From positions 71,983 to 135,982 of the forward strand of contig OY968775.1 in NCBI GenBank assembly GCA_963695355.1: DNA of 64,000 nt, written 5' to 3'. Below the pieces are notes generated by a model. It was given only the letters and a program-made list of their open reading frames with translations. It was not told where the DNA came from and made no database searches. Within the stretch, counting starts at the first letter, position 1; each line of letters begins with the position of its first letter. A program made the translations under genes and the position numbers. Source of the DNA: an uncultured beta proteobacterium. Lineage in GTDB: Bacteria; Pseudomonadota; Gammaproteobacteria; Burkholderiales; Gallionellaceae. This document shows, one piece after another, positions 9,708 through 21,403 of the stretch.

Positions 9708-11264
9708 ATGCCTGTTATTAAAAGCAAAGCGGCTGACGAACATCGGCAAGCCAAGCGAATTGCTTGGGCTTATTCCCTTGTCTTGGGGATATGGGTGTTA
9801 ATTCAAAGTGGGCTTCCCTACACCCTAATCGCCAACGTTAAGCTGGCTGACAACGCATGGAGTGAGCTGGCGGTGGGGTGGTTTCTCATTGCTGCGTCTG
9901 CCTGGCTGTTGTACTTAATGCTTATCAAATACCAGTCACTGGTCAATCGTGATCCCCTGACAGGCCTGCCGAATCGGCAACTACTAAACGACCGCATCAT
10001 TCAAGCTATCGCTCATGCCGACCGTTCAAATCATCTCGTTGCGATTGTATTTATCGACCTCGACAATTTCAAACTCATCAATGACAGCCTCGGTCACACT
10101 GCGGGTGATCAACTGTTGATAATCATCGCTGAAAAACTTCAAGCTGCAATCCGCCCCGTGGATACCATTGCCAGATTAGGCGGAGACGAGTTCGTTCTTA
10201 TTCTGTATGACTTGCCTAACGAAAAGTACGTTTCTCAAGAAATTGATCGGATCAACCGGGTTTTTGCTGCCCCCTTTTTCGTCAGCAAACGCGAGATATT
10301 CGTCAGTTACAGTGCAGGCTTTAGCCTTTATCCGCAGGACGGAAAGAATGCGGAGACGCTACTGATGAACGCCGATGTTGCAATGTACCGTGCCAAAGAA
10401 CAGAGCGGCAATAGTTTTCAGTTTTACGCCCCTGAAATGCACGCCAAGATTAATGATCGCTTGTTACTAGAAAGCACCATGCGCCACGCTTTAGAAGCTG
10501 ATGAATTTTATTTGTTGTACCAGCCACAAGTCGATTTAAAGACCCGGAAAGTTTTCGGCATGGAGGCACTGATACGCTGGAGTCATCCCAGCATGGGCAT
10601 GATTTCACCCGATAAATTCATCTCGCTCGCTGAAGACACAGGGCTCATTGTTCCGATCGGTGAATGGGTCATTAAAACCGCATGCCGGCAATTAAAAGCC
10701 TATCAAGATGTCGGGTTAAAAAATCTTACTGTTGCCGTTAATTTGTCAGGTCGCCAATTCAAAGATAAAAACCTCATTTCATCTATAAAAAAGATATTGT
10801 ACGACACGGGATTAGCACCTGAATTACTCGAATTAGAACTAACAGAAAGTGTGCTAATGGATGATTCGGAACAGCTCATTGCAATTCTCGATCAACTCAA
10901 AAGCATGGGGCTAAAGTTGGCTATTGATGATTTCGGTACGGGATATTCCAGCTTGAGCTATCTAAAACGCTTTCCCATGGATAAGCTCAAAATTGACCAG
11001 TCATTTATCAAAGACATTGCTATGGGAGGTGATGACTCCGCCATAGTTAAAGCAATTATTTATCTAGGACACAGCTTAAATCTACAGGTAATTGCTGAAG
11101 GCATTGAGTCAAAAGCGCAGATGGATTTTTTAGCCTTGAATCACTGCGATGAAGGACAGGGATTTTATTACGGTACGCCATTAAGCGCGGGTGACTTTAA
11201 GAATTTCGTTGAACAACACAATCAAACAAAATCACCAACCGCAATAAACTCCAAGGCGTTGTGA
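9708..11264 (+). CDS. Membrane-anchored GGDEF-EAL diguanylate cyclase/phosphodiesterase
   Basis: Two N-terminal TM segments, DPLTGLPNR, intact RLGGDEF, intact EAL (MEALIRW), IDDFGTGYSSLSYL. Confidence 0.95.
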   Translation: MPVIKSKAADEHRQAKRIAWAYSLVLGIWVLIQSGLPYTLIANVKLADNAWSELAVGWFLIAASAWLLYLMLIKYQSLVNRDPLTGLPNRQLLNDRIIQAIAHADRSNHLVAIVFIDLDNFKLINDSLGHTAGDQLLIIIAEKLQAAIRPVDTIARLGGDEFVLILYDLPNEKYVSQEIDRINRVFAAPFFVSKREIFVSYSAGFSLYPQDGKNAETLLMNADVAMYRAKEQSGNSFQFYAPEMHAKINDRLLLESTMRHALEADEFYLLYQPQVDLKTRKVFGMEALIRWSHPSMGMISPDKFISLAEDTGLIVPIGEWVIKTACRQLKAYQDVGLKNLTVAVNLSGRQFKDKNLISSIKKILYDTGLAPELLELELTESVLMDDSEQLIAILDQLKSMGLKLAIDDFGTGYSSLSYLKRFPMDKLKIDQSFIKDIAMGGDDSAIVKAIIYLGHSLNLQVIAEGIESKAQMDFLALNHCDEGQGFYYGTPLSAGDFKNFVEQHNQTKSPTAINSKAL

Positions 11265-11602
11265 TCCGGGTCGCGGCAGAACAAAGCACTACGGCCGGTT
11301 GAACTGAGTGTATAAACCACTCCCGCTTCATTTAACTGCCCCATCAATTTATTCAAATTTAGAACTGCAAACGCAACATGGCGGTCTCGCCCCCCATGCG
11401 AAGGACGCTGCAATCCGTCCTCTGGATTCGGTAATGCCATCAAATGAATTTGTTGATTATCCGCCACGTCGTACCACACACCATCAAAGCTCATCGTCGG
11501 GCGGGTAGGATTAACCCGCAAGCCGAGTACACCTTCGTAAAAAATGCGGGACTTGGCTAAGTCAGCGGTTAAAAAAGTAGCGTGGAGTATTCCCGTAATC
11601 AT
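11222..11602 (-). CDS. VOC/glyoxalase family protein
   Basis: ILHATFL...FYEGVLGL, QIHL, GRDRHVAF, CRDPDHNALE; ATG overlaps purT stop (TGATG); 3' end overlaps the GGDEF-EAL gene by 43 bp. Confidence 0.88.
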   Translation of the reverse strand: MITGILHATFLTADLAKSRIFYEGVLGLRVNPTRPTMSFDGVWYDVADNQQIHLMALPNPEDGLQRPSHGGRDRHVAFAVLNLNKLMGQLNEAGVVYTLSSTGRSALFCRDPDHNALEFIAVGDFV

Positions 11603-12196
11603 CACACTGGCACCGGAACAATTTTACTAGCCGCCAACTTTGCGCGACTTCTTGCTTCATCGGTATCTTTGCCCGTCGCAAGTGCCACACCCATGCGACG
11701 TTTTTTGAATGACTCAGGCTTACCAAATAATCGCACATCGCTACATGGCACGCGCAGTGCTTCATCCACCCCCATAAATGCGATGCCTTGCGCTTCATGC
11801 TGCCCGTAAATCACCGCACTCGCGCCGGCTGCACGCAGGCTCACATCCACAGGCAAGCCGAGTATTGCGCGTGCATGTAACTCAAACTCATTTTGTATTT
11901 GTGTACACATCGTCACCATCCCCGTGTCGTGTGGACGAGGACTCACCTCGGAAAACCACACCTCATCACCCTTTACAAATAACTCCACACCGAAAATGCC
12001 CAAGCCCCCAAGATCATCCGTGACTTTTTTGGCTATCTCGCGGGAGCGTTGCAAAGCCAAGGGCGACATGGCTTGCGGCTGCCAGCTCTCAACATAGTCG
12101 CCCTGCACCTGGACATGTCCAATGGATTCACAGAAATATGTTTCCGTTTTCCCATCCGAGCCGATAGCACGCACTGTGAGTTGCGTAATTTCGTAA

Positions 12197-13163
12197 CATG
12201 CCTATGAATCATTCTCAGTTTCAGCTGCCTAACGTTTCGTACTCAACGAAACGAGGAAATGAATCATGAAGACGATGCCAACGAATGTATTGGACTGGCA
12301 GAAACGGTACGGAACTGAAGAAGCCTGCGCCCAAGCACTGGCGCAGCAACGCTGGCCGGACGGGTTTCGTTGCCCGCGATGCGGGCATGATCATGGCTAT
12401 GCCATCACCACGCGCCACCGTTACGAATGCGCCCATTGCCACTACCAAGCCTCGCTCACGGCGGGGACATTGTTCCACTCCACCAACCTCTCTCTTACCC
12501 AGTGGTTCTGGGCGGTCTACCTGGTCGCCTCGGACAAGGGCGGTATTTCCGCCATGCGACTGGCCAAACAAATCGGCGTGTCCTGGATCACCGCCAGCCG
12601 GATGCTGCGCAAGATACGCATTGCCATGGGACACCGGGACAGTATTTATCGGCTGCACGACCTGATCGAGATTGACGATGCCTTTGTGGGTGGCCGACGC
12701 AGCGGCAAGCGGGGGCGCGGTGCCGAAGGCAAAACCCCGGTGCTGGTGGCGGTTGAGAACCGGGATCAGCGTGCCGGTTTTATCGCCATGCAACAAGTTC
12801 CCGCCGTGACGAAGGGGGCGGTGGCGAAGTTTGTGCGACACCACCTTCCGCCCGGTCAAGCGGTGCGCAGTGATGCGCTGATCTCGTTGTTGGAGATCGG
12901 CAAGACACAGCACCATGCCGCACGGGTGACACCGCCCGACAAGGCGGGAGAATGGCTGCCTTGGGTGCATATTGCCATCGGCAACCTCAAGGCGTTTTTG
13001 CTGGGTACCTATCACGGTGTATCGTCCAAGTATTTGCAAGAATATCTCAATGAGTTCTGTTATCGGTTCAACCGGCGTGAGTGGGAAGCTGAATTGCCAT
13101 TACGCCTGCTCAACGCTTGCCTGACGCATACTCAGGTCAAACTGAAAATGGTTTAGAGGCATA
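12197..13163 (+). mobile_element. IS1595-family insertion sequence (probably ISSod11 group), 967 bp
   Basis: 8-bp TSD tttcgtaa at 12189-12196 and 13164-13171; imperfect ~30-bp terminal IRs (atgcctatgaatcattctcagttt / atgcctctaaaccattttcagttt); visibly GC-richer than flanks. Confidence 0.96.
12266..13156 (+). CDS. IS1595-family transposase
   Basis: Zn ribbon CPRC...[43 protein letters not shown]; stop lies in the right IR. Confidence 0.96.
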   Translation: MKTMPTNVLDWQKRYGTEEACAQALAQQRWPDGFRCPRCGHDHGYAITTRHRYECAHCHYQASLTAGTLFHSTNLSLTQWFWAVYLVASDKGGISAMRLAKQIGVSWITASRMLRKIRIAMGHRDSIYRLHDLIEIDDAFVGGRRSGKRGRGAEGKTPVLVAVENRDQRAGFIAMQQVPAVTKGAVAKFVRHHLPPGQAVRSDALISLLEIGKTQHHAARVTPPDKAGEWLPWVHIAIGNLKAFLLGTYHGVSSKYLQEYLNEFCYRFNRREWEAELPLRLLNACLTHTQVKLKMV

Positions 13164-13929
13164 TTTCGTAATCGAAATGAATCACGCCCTCCACGATCAC
13201 CCTGCCCTGATTCACGCGACTGCCGCTGGCAGCATAGCTCCAAGCTGCATCCACTTCAGCGGCATTATCAACTTTAGATTGTCCCTTACCCGATGAAGAC
13301 ATCACGGGTTTAATGATGCATGGGTAGCCGATGTGCGCTATTGCGGCACGCATTTCTTCGAGACTGTCGGCAAAACGATACGGCGAAGTCGGCAAGCCCA
13401 ATGTCTCGGCAGCCAAGCGGCGTATGCCTTCGCGGTTCATGGTCAAGCGCGCGGCACGTGCGGTAGGAATGACACGCGCTAAACCTTCACTCTCGATCTG
13501 CTCCAACATCTCAGTCGCAATCGCCTCGATTTCCGGCACGATGATGTGTGGTTTTTCTTGCTCAATCAGGGCTCGTAATGCCGGGCCATCTGCCATGTTG
13601 ATGACGTGTGAACGATGAGCCACTTGGTGTCCCGGCGCGTTGGCATATCGATCAACTGCAATGGTTTCCACACCAAAACGTTGCAGTGCGATGATGACCT
13701 CTTTGCCCAATTCACCGCTGCCCAACAACATTACACGCGTGGCGGAAAGGCTGAGCGGCGTGCCAATGATTATCTTGTTTGTGTGAGTGGTCATATTGTT
13801 TTTATAAATGGACTTGAACTGCGTGAAATTATACACACGCAGGCTATTTTTCTTGAACCGTAATAAGAGTAGGATGAATCACTCGTTGAATCACCCGTTG
13901 CAACCACTTTTCTTTTAAGGAGCGAGATC

Positions 13930-14979
13930 ATGGCAAATATTGTGCAATTATTGGGTGACGAAGCTGAACAACTATTGGGCCATCGCTGCATAGGCATCCC
14001 AAAAGAATCGCTGCACTTGCCGGGCGCGGATTATGTGGATCGCGTGGTGGCGATGAAAGACCGCAAAGTCGGCGTACTGCGCAGCCTGCAAGCCTTGTAT
14101 GGGCAGGGGCGATTGGCTAACACGGGCTATCTTTCGTTGCTACCTGTCGATCAAGGCGTGGAGCATTCCGGTGGCGCATCGTTCGCGCCCAACCCAATGT
14201 ATTTCGACCCGGAGAACATCGTTAAACTCGCCATCGAAGGTGGCTGCAACGGCGTAGCATCTACGCTAGGCGTGCTGGGTTCAGTGGCGCGCCGTTATGC
14301 CCACAAAATTCCGTTCGTCGTAAAAATCAACCATAACGAAATGCTCACCTATCCCAACATTTACGACCAGACGATATTTGCCAGCGTCGATCAAGCGTTC
14401 GACATGGGCGCAGTGGCAGTGGGCGCAACCGTGTTCTATGGTTCGGAACATTCACGCAGACAAATTCAAGAAGTCTCCGAAGCGTTTGAACATGCGCACG
14501 AACTCGGCATGGCAACCGTATTATGGGCTTATCTGCGCAACCCCGCCTTCAAGACGAACGATAAGGATTATCACGCCGCCGCCGATCTTACCGGGCAAGC
14601 TAATCACCTCGCCGTCACCATCAATGCCGACATCGTCAAACAAAAAATGGCCGAAAATAATGGTGGATACAACGCCATCAAGTTCGGCAAAACTAGCCCC
14701 AAAGTCTATAGCGAACTCACCACCGATCACCCCATCGACCTCGTGCGCTATCAAGTTGCAAATTGCTACATGGGGCGCGTCGGCATGATTAACTCAGGCG
14801 GTGAATCGGGTAAAGATGATTTGCATCAAGCCGTGCGCACCGCCGTCATCAACAAGCGCGCTGGCGGCATGGGGCTGATTTCAGGTCGCAAAGCATTTCA
14901 AAAACCGATGCAAGATGGAGTGGCATTGTTAAATGCGATTCAGGATGTGTATTTGGATAAGGCGGTGACGGTGGCATAA
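13930..14979 (+). CDS. fbaB: Class I fructose-bisphosphate aldolase (DhnA type)
   Basis: [55 protein letters not shown]. Confidence 0.95.
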   Translation: MANIVQLLGDEAEQLLGHRCIGIPKESLHLPGADYVDRVVAMKDRKVGVLRSLQALYGQGRLANTGYLSLLPVDQGVEHSGGASFAPNPMYFDPENIVKLAIEGGCNGVASTLGVLGSVARRYAHKIPFVVKINHNEMLTYPNIYDQTIFASVDQAFDMGAVAVGATVFYGSEHSRRQIQEVSEAFEHAHELGMATVLWAYLRNPAFKTNDKDYHAAADLTGQANHLAVTINADIVKQKMAENNGGYNAIKFGKTSPKVYSELTTDHPIDLVRYQVANCYMGRVGMINSGGESGKDDLHQAVRTAVINKRAGGMGLISGRKAFQKPMQDGVALLNAIQDVYLDKAVTVA

Positions 14980-15090
14980 ACCCTGCGAAGGCTGTTTGTG
15001 CCAGTTGTAGAAATTCGATCCGTAGAGTCCCTTTTTAAAGTCGCAATTGCCATTTGGCGTTTCATACACGGATCCAAGGAGAACACTTTC

Positions 15091-16047
15091 CTACCTTTTG
15101 TTAACATCCGATGACGGAAATCCAATGATGCCTTTCAAATATTTTTCGCCCAAAATCTTGCTCTCTTCATGCATGAATTTTAGGAACGCCAATGCGACCA
15201 CAGACAGATGCTTATCTTTAGGATAGGCCAGGTACCAGTGACGTCGAATAGGAAATCCTTCAACGTCAAGCATAGCAAACTCTTCATTGTGACCATCAAT
15301 GGCCAGTGTATGTGCCGACAGCACAGCAATGCCTAACTTTCCGGCTACCGAATGTTTTATCGCTTCATTGCTGCCAAGCTCCATTCGAACTTTAATTTTC
15401 AATCCGCGCTCTCTAAAAAATTGTTCTGTTGCGAGGCGTAAACCTGATCCTTGCTCACGCATCAAAAAGTATTCTTCGGTCAAAAGACGAGGTGCAATAT
15501 TTTTTTTCCCCGCCAATGGATGTGTGCTGTGAGCTAGCACAATTAGTGGATTTTCCAAAAATGGCTCAAATGCAACATCCCCATTATCTGGAGGCTGACC
15601 AAGCACATACAGGTCATCAAGATTGTCATCTATACGTTGCTGCACTCGTTCACGATTTGTCACTTTGAGCGAAACATCAATGCCCGGATAGCGTTCACAA
15701 AAAAGCCCAAGCATTCGCGGTACAAAATATTTTGCAGTCGTAATGATTGCAATGCGCAGCCTGCCTGCTTTTATTCCATTCATATCGGATACCAACATTT
15801 CAAAGCGCGACAGGCTATCGAAAATATCATGGCATACCTTAAGTAATTCGCGCCCCGTTTCAGTTAGAAATATTCGTTTTCCAACCTGTTCAAATAAAGG
15901 TTGACCGATAATTTCAGACAATTGCTTGAGTTGAATCGATACGGTCGGTTGTGTCAGGTACAGCTCTTCAGATGCTCTGGTAAAACTTAAATTTCGAGCC
16001 ACCGCTTCAAACACTTTTAACTGGCGCAGCGTTGCATTTTTTAACAT
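15091..16047 (-). CDS. cbbR: LysR-type regulator of the RuBisCO operon
   Basis: NATLRQLKVFEAVAR..SFTRASEEL.LTQPTVS HTH, MREQGSGLR, MELGSNEAIK; divergent from cbbL. Confidence 0.93.
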   Translation of the reverse strand: MLKNATLRQLKVFEAVARNLSFTRASEELYLTQPTVSIQLKQLSEIIGQPLFEQVGKRIFLTETGRELLKVCHDIFDSLSRFEMLVSDMNGIKAGRLRIAIITTAKYFVPRMLGLFCERYPGIDVSLKVTNRERVQQRIDDNLDDLYVLGQPPDNGDVAFEPFLENPLIVLAHSTHPLAGKKNIAPRLLTEEYFLMREQGSGLRLATEQFFRERGLKIKVRMELGSNEAIKHSVAGKLGIAVLSAHTLAIDGHNEEFAMLDVEGFPIRRHWYLAYPKDKHLSVVALAFLKFMHEESKILGEKYLKGIIGFPSSDVNKR

Positions 16048-16209
16048 CGTTTTTTTACCCAAATAACCATTGATAAAAGTCTATCGTTACCATCTAAAAA
16101 TACAATTATTATTTATGGTTAATCTTTTTTATAGTGGCGGCACGCTCAGTTGAGCTACAGGTCTTCCTAGCCGGGAGGATACATTTTAACTATAAATAAG
16201 GAGTTTGTG
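16048..16209. promoter_or_regulatory. Divergent cbbR/cbbL promoter region with probable CbbR operator
   Basis: AT-rich, with a GATA-N6-TATC dyad at ~16072-16085 and a taaccat/atggtta inverted pair; standard position for a LysR-regulated divergent promoter. Exact boxes not resolved. Confidence 0.5.
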
Positions 16210-17631
16210 ATGGCAGTCAAGACCTACAACGCTGGCGTTAAAGAGTATCGCCAGACTTACTGGGAACCAGAATACAAGATTCAAGATACGGATATTCTGG
16301 CTTGTTTCAAAATTACGCCTCAAGCGGGTGTGCCTCGTGAAGAAGTGGCGGCTGCGGTTGCGGCTGAGTCATCAACAGGTACATGGACAACCGTGTGGAC
16401 TGATCTGTTGACGGACATGGATCACTACAAAGGTCGTGCTTATCGTATCGAAGACGTACCTGGCGACGACACTTGCTTCTACGCCTTTGTTGCTTACCCT
16501 ATCGATTTGTTTGAAGAAGGTTCAGTGGTTAACGTATTTACCTCATTGGTAGGTAACGTGTTCGGCTTTAAAGCATTGCGCGCATTGCGTTTGGAAGACG
16601 TTCGTTTCCCAATCGCTTACGTTAAAACTTGCGGTGGTCCACCACAAGGTATTCAAGTTGAGCGTGACATCCTGAATAAATATGGTCGTCCATTGCTGGG
16701 TTGCACCATCAAGCCTAAATTGGGTTTGTCTGCTAAGAACTACGGTCGCGCTGTTTACGAGTGCTTGCGTGGTGGTTTGGATCTGACTAAGGATGACGAG
16801 AACATCAATAGCCAACCATTTATGCGTTGGAGAACACGTTTTGACTTCGTTCAAGAAGCGATTGAAAAAGCGGAACGTGAAACAGGCGAGCGTAAAGGTC
16901 ACTACATGAACGTGACAGCACCAACGCCGGAAGAAATGTACAAGCGCGCTGAATACGCAAAAGAAATTGGCACGCCGATTATTATGCATGACTACATCAC
17001 AGGCGGTTTTTGCGCTAACACAGGCTTGGCTAACTGGTGTCGTGACAACGGCATGTTGTTGCACATCCACCGTGCGATGCACGCTGTGATCGATCGTAAC
17101 CCGCACCACGGTATTCATTTCCGCGTGTTGGCGAAGATTCTTCGTTTGTCCGGTGGTGACCATCTGCACTCAGGTACTGTGGTTGGCAAGCTGGAAGGTG
17201 ATCGCGCGCCAACGCTCGGTTTCGTTGACTTGATGCGAGACAGCTTCATTAAAGAAGACCGCGCACGCGGTATTTTCTTCGATCAAGATTGGGGTTCAAT
17301 GCCTGGTGTGTTCCCAGTTGCTTCTGGTGGTATTCACGTTTGGCACATGCCAGCGTTGGTTAACATCTTCGGCGACGATTCTTGCTTACAGTTTGGTGGC
17401 GGTACTTTGGGTCATCCATGGGGTAACGCAGCGGGTGCAGCAGCAAACCGCGTGGCGTTGGAAGCTTGTGTAGAAGCACGTAACGCAGGCCGAGAAATTG
17501 AAAAAGAAGGTAAAGACATCTTAACCAAGGCAGCGAACCATAGCCCAGAACTGAAAATTGCGATGGAAACTTGGAAAGAAATTCGTTTCGAGTTCGATAC
17601 TGTTGACAAGTTGGACGTAGCCCATAAGTAA
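16210..17631 (+). CDS. cbbL: RuBisCO large subunit, Form IA (green-like)
   Basis: [36 protein letters not shown] (catalytic KDDE), [27 protein letters not shown]. Confidence 0.99.
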   Translation: MAVKTYNAGVKEYRQTYWEPEYKIQDTDILACFKITPQAGVPREEVAAAVAAESSTGTWTTVWTDLLTDMDHYKGRAYRIEDVPGDDTCFYAFVAYPIDLFEEGSVVNVFTSLVGNVFGFKALRALRLEDVRFPIAYVKTCGGPPQGIQVERDILNKYGRPLLGCTIKPKLGLSAKNYGRAVYECLRGGLDLTKDDENINSQPFMRWRTRFDFVQEAIEKAERETGERKGHYMNVTAPTPEEMYKRAEYAKEIGTPIIMHDYITGGFCANTGLANWCRDNGMLLHIHRAMHAVIDRNPHHGIHFRVLAKILRLSGGDHLHSGTVVGKLEGDRAPTLGFVDLMRDSFIKEDRARGIFFDQDWGSMPGVFPVASGGIHVWHMPALVNIFGDDSCLQFGGGTLGHPWGNAAGAAANRVALEACVEARNAGREIEKEGKDILTKAANHSPELKIAMETWKEIRFEFDTVDKLDVAHK

Positions 17632-17702
17632 GCATTGAGACAATGTCGCGTCGAACGATGCGCCGTATCTTGGTCCCTAGACTATTAAAAAAGGAAATTA
17701 AA

Positions 17703-18059
17703 ATGAGTGAAATGCAAGATTACAAATCACGTGTTAGCGATCCAGCCAGCCGCAAGTTTGAAACTTTTTCATACTTGCCAGCAATGACTACTGAGCAGAT
17801 CAGGCAGCAAATTGAATATATCGTTAAGAAAGGTTGGAACCCAGGACTTGAGCACACTGAGCCTGAGCACCTGATGGACAACTACTGGTATATGTGGAAG
17901 CTGCCGATGTTTGGTGAAACCAATGTGGATGTTGTGTTGAAAGAAGCGGAAGCTTGCCGTAAAGCTAACCCAAACAATCACATTCGTTTGTTGGCTTACG
18001 ATAACTACGCTCAATCGCAAGGCACCAACATGGTGATTTTCCGCGGTAAGACTGTATAG
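17703..18059 (+). CDS. cbbS: RuBisCO small subunit
   Basis: [42 protein letters not shown]; AAGGA SD before ATG 17703. Confidence 0.98.
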   Translation: MSEMQDYKSRVSDPASRKFETFSYLPAMTTEQIRQQIEYIVKKGWNPGLEHTEPEHLMDNYWYMWKLPMFGETNVDVVLKEAEACRKANPNNHIRLLAYDNYAQSQGTNMVIFRGKTV

Positions 18060-18082
18060 TTTTTTAAAGCATTGATCCCTTT

Positions 18083-18116
18083 TCCCCCGTGCTTGATCCA
18101 GTGCGGGGGACTTTTT
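18083..18116 (+). terminator. Intrinsic terminator/attenuator between cbbS and cbbQ
   Basis: tcccccgtgc-loop-gtgcggggga followed by cttttt. Confidence 0.75.
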
Positions 18117-18197
18117 AACCGAGAGTAGCATCAGGACGTAAATACTTTGCGATAGATTATTTACACCCTTATGTTGACTGAATAGTGAGAGGTAGCA

Positions 18198-19001
18198 ATG
18201 AGAGACATCATCCAGCAGTATCGAATAAACACAGAGCCATACTATCGTCCCGTTTCCGACGAGGTGGAGATTTATGAAGCCACCTATAGCGTACGTATGC
18301 CGATGATGCTGAAAGGCCCGACAGGTTGCGGTAAATCCCGTTTCGTAGAACATATGGCGTGGCGATTAGGCAAGCCATTGATTACCGTGGCTTGCAATGA
18401 AGATATGACCGCTTCCGACCTGGTGGGTCGATTTCTGCTCAATGCTGACGGTACGCACTGGCAGGATGGTCCGCTTGCACTTGCGGCCCGTTACGGTACA
18501 ATTTGTTACCTGGACGAAGTGGTTGAGGCGCGTCAAGATACCACTGTGGTCATCCACCCTTTAACCGACAATCGCCGCGTTTTGCCGCTTGAAAAAAAAG
18601 GCGAACTTATCAAAGCGCATCCCGATTTCCAGTTGGTGATTTCATACAATCCGGGCTATCAAAGCTTAATGAAGGATCTCAAACAATCCACCAAACAGCG
18701 TTTCGGTGCATTGGATTTTAGTTATCCCGAACACGACATTGAGACCGAAATTGTTGCCCACGAAACCGGCGTTAACTTGGAAGTGGCTGGCAAACTAGTT
18801 TCCATCGCCGAGCGTGCCCGCAACCTCAAGGGACATGGTTTGGATGAAGGCATCTCGACGCGCATGCTGATTTATGCAGGCAGCCTGATTGCCACTGGCG
18901 TTGATTCAATCAAGGCTTGTCGTGTGGCACTGGTTCGACCAATCACCGACGATCCCGACATGCGCGATGCGTTGGATGCGGCGGTGACCACATTCTTCTA
19001 A
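18198..19001 (+). CDS. cbbQ: RuBisCO activase AAA+ ATPase
   Basis: [44 protein letters not shown]. Confidence 0.97.
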   Translation: MRDIIQQYRINTEPYYRPVSDEVEIYEATYSVRMPMMLKGPTGCGKSRFVEHMAWRLGKPLITVACNEDMTASDLVGRFLLNADGTHWQDGPLALAARYGTICYLDEVVEARQDTTVVIHPLTDNRRVLPLEKKGELIKAHPDFQLVISYNPGYQSLMKDLKQSTKQRFGALDFSYPEHDIETEIVAHETGVNLEVAGKLVSIAERARNLKGHGLDEGISTRMLIYAGSLIATGVDSIKACRVALVRPITDDPDMRDALDAAVTTFF

Positions 19002-19049
19002 TTTTTAGAAGCTCCGCTTTTTGCTTAACTCGCTCAGATACCCAACGAC

Positions 19050-21395
19050 ATGTCAATTACATTAGAGGATCACACCGATCTACTTGAAGAACTGGGGAGT
19101 CACGCCGCAGAGGTTCTGCAAGCCTCGTGGTATGAGGCGGCGCGGGCGTTTAGCCCGGCAGGGTTGGAAAATTATGTGCAGGGCGCACGTGCGCTTAAAA
19201 ACTTAGGACGCGGCGGCGATTTAGTCATTACCTTTATTCACAATGCACCTATCATTGCCAAAGAAATTGGCGAAGATTCAGTGGTGGATATGCTGGATAG
19301 CTTGATGGCACTTGCCTCTAAAACCAGCGGCTCAATGTTGGAAGCGGTTATAGCCAGCGCGCCAACGGCAGCTAAACGCTTGGGTGACCCCGCACTATTT
19401 CGCAGCTATTTGCAGTTGGTGAATACGCTGCTTAATCAAGTACCGCGCGGCTTGCGACCCATGTTGGAAAATCTGGAAGCATTGCTTGCTCAACTCACAT
19501 TGGGTGGATTGCGACGCTGGGCAACATGGGGCGCGCATGCGCACAAAATCAACTTTGAAGAACAGGTGGCGTACTTCGGACTGAAGTCCAAAGAGTCGCT
19601 GGCGATGTTGCAGAAGGAGCGTAAAGGTACGTTGTTTGTGGACGTGCAGCGGCGCATCAATATGTATCTGCGCGCACTGTGGGCTCGCGATTTTTTCATG
19701 CGTCCTACTTCCGGCGACTTTGAATCACGCGAGGGTTACAAGCCTTTTATCGAAGATTATTTTCTCCATTTACCCGATGCGTTTGATGATGTGAATGGCG
19801 TGTCTGGCTTGGAGGTTTATCGCGCTACAGCAGCGCATTGCGCGGCACATCTGGTTTACACACGCGAGCCAATTTCTGCCGAGGCACTCAATCCTTTGCA
19901 GATGGCGGTGATTAGTGTGATTGAAGACGCACGCGTTGAAACGCTGTCGATACGTGCTTTCCCAGGTCTGGAGCAGTTGTGGTCTAAGCTGCATTTTGCG
20001 CAAACCGATCAAGCAAACACCGTGGGCGATTACTTGAATCGACTGGCGCGTGCGTTGTTGGATAGCGATTATCAAGACGACGATGCGTGGATAGTTGAAG
20101 GTCGCACATTGTTTACGAGTGCTGCGCAGAGCGAAGAAAGTTTGAAGAGCAATCATTTTTCTTGGGAGGTGGGTGTGGCGTTGGCGCACGGTTTGATGCA
20201 AAAGCATATTGCCTACAACCCGCGTACTGACTTGTTGAGCGCGCCATATCGCGATGACAACCGTTATTTCTGGGAGTTTGAAGAATTCGATTTTAATAAA
20301 TCGCAATCGGCAGGATTTGAAACCGTTAAGCAAGTTCGTAAACACGTTTCGGTGATGGAATTTGCCAATGAACTTGAGGTGGAAACCGCAGGTGATGATG
20401 CCCAGGAAATCTGGGTCATGTCTGAAGAGTTTTTTCCATATGATGCAGCGCAAGAGAATGGCGTGAGTTTTAACGAACGGGAAGGTAAAGAGCCCGTCGC
20501 CGAACCTTACCATTACGCCGAGTGGGATTACCAAATTCAGTTGGAGCGCCCAGCTTGGGCGACAGTGATGGAAAAGCGCGCAAAAGCAGGCGACTTGCAG
20601 GTGATTGATAAAATCACGGCGGACAATAAGCGCATCGCCTCACGCTTGAAATTTTTGCTTGATGCGATGCAACCGCAAGGTGTGCAGCGCATTCGCAAGT
20701 TAGAAGATGGCGACGAAGTCGACATCAATGCAGCGATTAGCAGCATGGTAGATTTTCGTATGGGGATGCAGCCCGACCCTAGAACTATGATGCGCAGTGT
20801 ACGAAAAGTGCGTGATATTTCAGTATTGGTACTGCTCGATTTGTCCGAGTCCACCAATGAGAAAGTTATCGGACAAGATCAAACGGTGCTGGATTTAACC
20901 CGTCAGGCTTGCGTGCTGCTGTCTGATGCGATACACAAAATTGGCGATCCATTTGCGATACATGGTTTTTGTTCCGATGGTCGTCACGATGTTGAATACT
21001 ATCGATTCAAAGATTTTTCGCAGCCTTACAATGATGAGCCTAAGGCACGTTTGGCGGGCATGACAGGGCAACTATCAACCAGAATGGGCACGGCAATTCG
21101 GCATTCCGCACATTATTTACGCAACCAAAAAACATCGAAAAAATTGCTTATGGTGATTACCGATGGTGAGCCTGCAGATATTGATGTGCGTGACCCGCAG
21201 TATTTACGTTACGATGCAAAAAAAGCCGTAGAGGAAGCCGCGCGCAACGGCATCAATACCTTTTGCATGACACTCGATCCGCGCGCAGATCAATATGTAT
21301 CACGAATTTTTGGCAGTAAAAATTACATGGTGGTCGATCATATTGAGCGGCTGCCAGAGAAACTTCCGATGCTTTATGCAGGTTTAACTAGGTAA
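19050..21395 (+). CDS. cbbO: RuBisCO activase adaptor, VWA domain
   Basis: MIDAS LLDLSES, STRMGTAIRH, VITDGEPAD; follows cbbQ. Confidence 0.96.
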   Translation: MSITLEDHTDLLEELGSHAAEVLQASWYEAARAFSPAGLENYVQGARALKNLGRGGDLVITFIHNAPIIAKEIGEDSVVDMLDSLMALASKTSGSMLEAVIASAPTAAKRLGDPALFRSYLQLVNTLLNQVPRGLRPMLENLEALLAQLTLGGLRRWATWGAHAHKINFEEQVAYFGLKSKESLAMLQKERKGTLFVDVQRRINMYLRALWARDFFMRPTSGDFESREGYKPFIEDYFLHLPDAFDDVNGVSGLEVYRATAAHCAAHLVYTREPISAEALNPLQMAVISVIEDARVETLSIRAFPGLEQLWSKLHFAQTDQANTVGDYLNRLARALLDSDYQDDDAWIVEGRTLFTSAAQSEESLKSNHFSWEVGVALAHGLMQKHIAYNPRTDLLSAPYRDDNRYFWEFEEFDFNKSQSAGFETVKQVRKHVSVMEFANELEVETAGDDAQEIWVMSEEFFPYDAAQENGVSFNEREGKEPVAEPYHYAEWDYQIQLERPAWATVMEKRAKAGDLQVIDKITADNKRIASRLKFLLDAMQPQGVQRIRKLEDGDEVDINAAISSMVDFRMGMQPDPRTMMRSVRKVRDISVLVLLDLSESTNEKVIGQDQTVLDLTRQACVLLSDAIHKIGDPFAIHGFCSDGRHDVEYYRFKDFSQPYNDEPKARLAGMTGQLSTRMGTAIRHSAHYLRNQKTSKKLLMVITDGEPADIDVRDPQYLRYDAKKAVEEAARNGINTFCMTLDPRADQYVSRIFGSKNYMVVDHIERLPEKLPMLYAGLTR

Positions 21396-21403
21396 AAATA
21401 AAA

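Larger units (their letters stand above)
11602..13794 (-). pseudogene. purT: Formate-dependent phosphoribosylglycinamide formyltransferase interrupted by IS1595-family element
   Basis: N-half ([13 protein letters not shown]...HFDYEI) and C-half (TQLTVR...[12 protein letters not shown]...RRMGVALA). Removing the IS and one TSD restores CAT TTC GAT TAC GAA ATT ACG CAA and a 405-codon ORF. Confidence 0.96.

Noticed and set aside
12221-13039. 272-aa ORF on the minus strand inside the IS
   Set aside because: Antisense shadow of the GC-rich transposase; no recognisable motifs.
16770-16800. RuBisCO motif reads [10 protein letters not shown] rather than GGLDFTKDDE
   Set aside because: Catalytic KDDE is intact; a conservative substitution with no evidence of functional change.
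16543-17169. 208-aa antisense ORF in cbbL (also 19770-20534 in cbbO and similar shadows elsewhere)
   Set aside because: Fully overlapped by well-supported genes; expected from codon bias.
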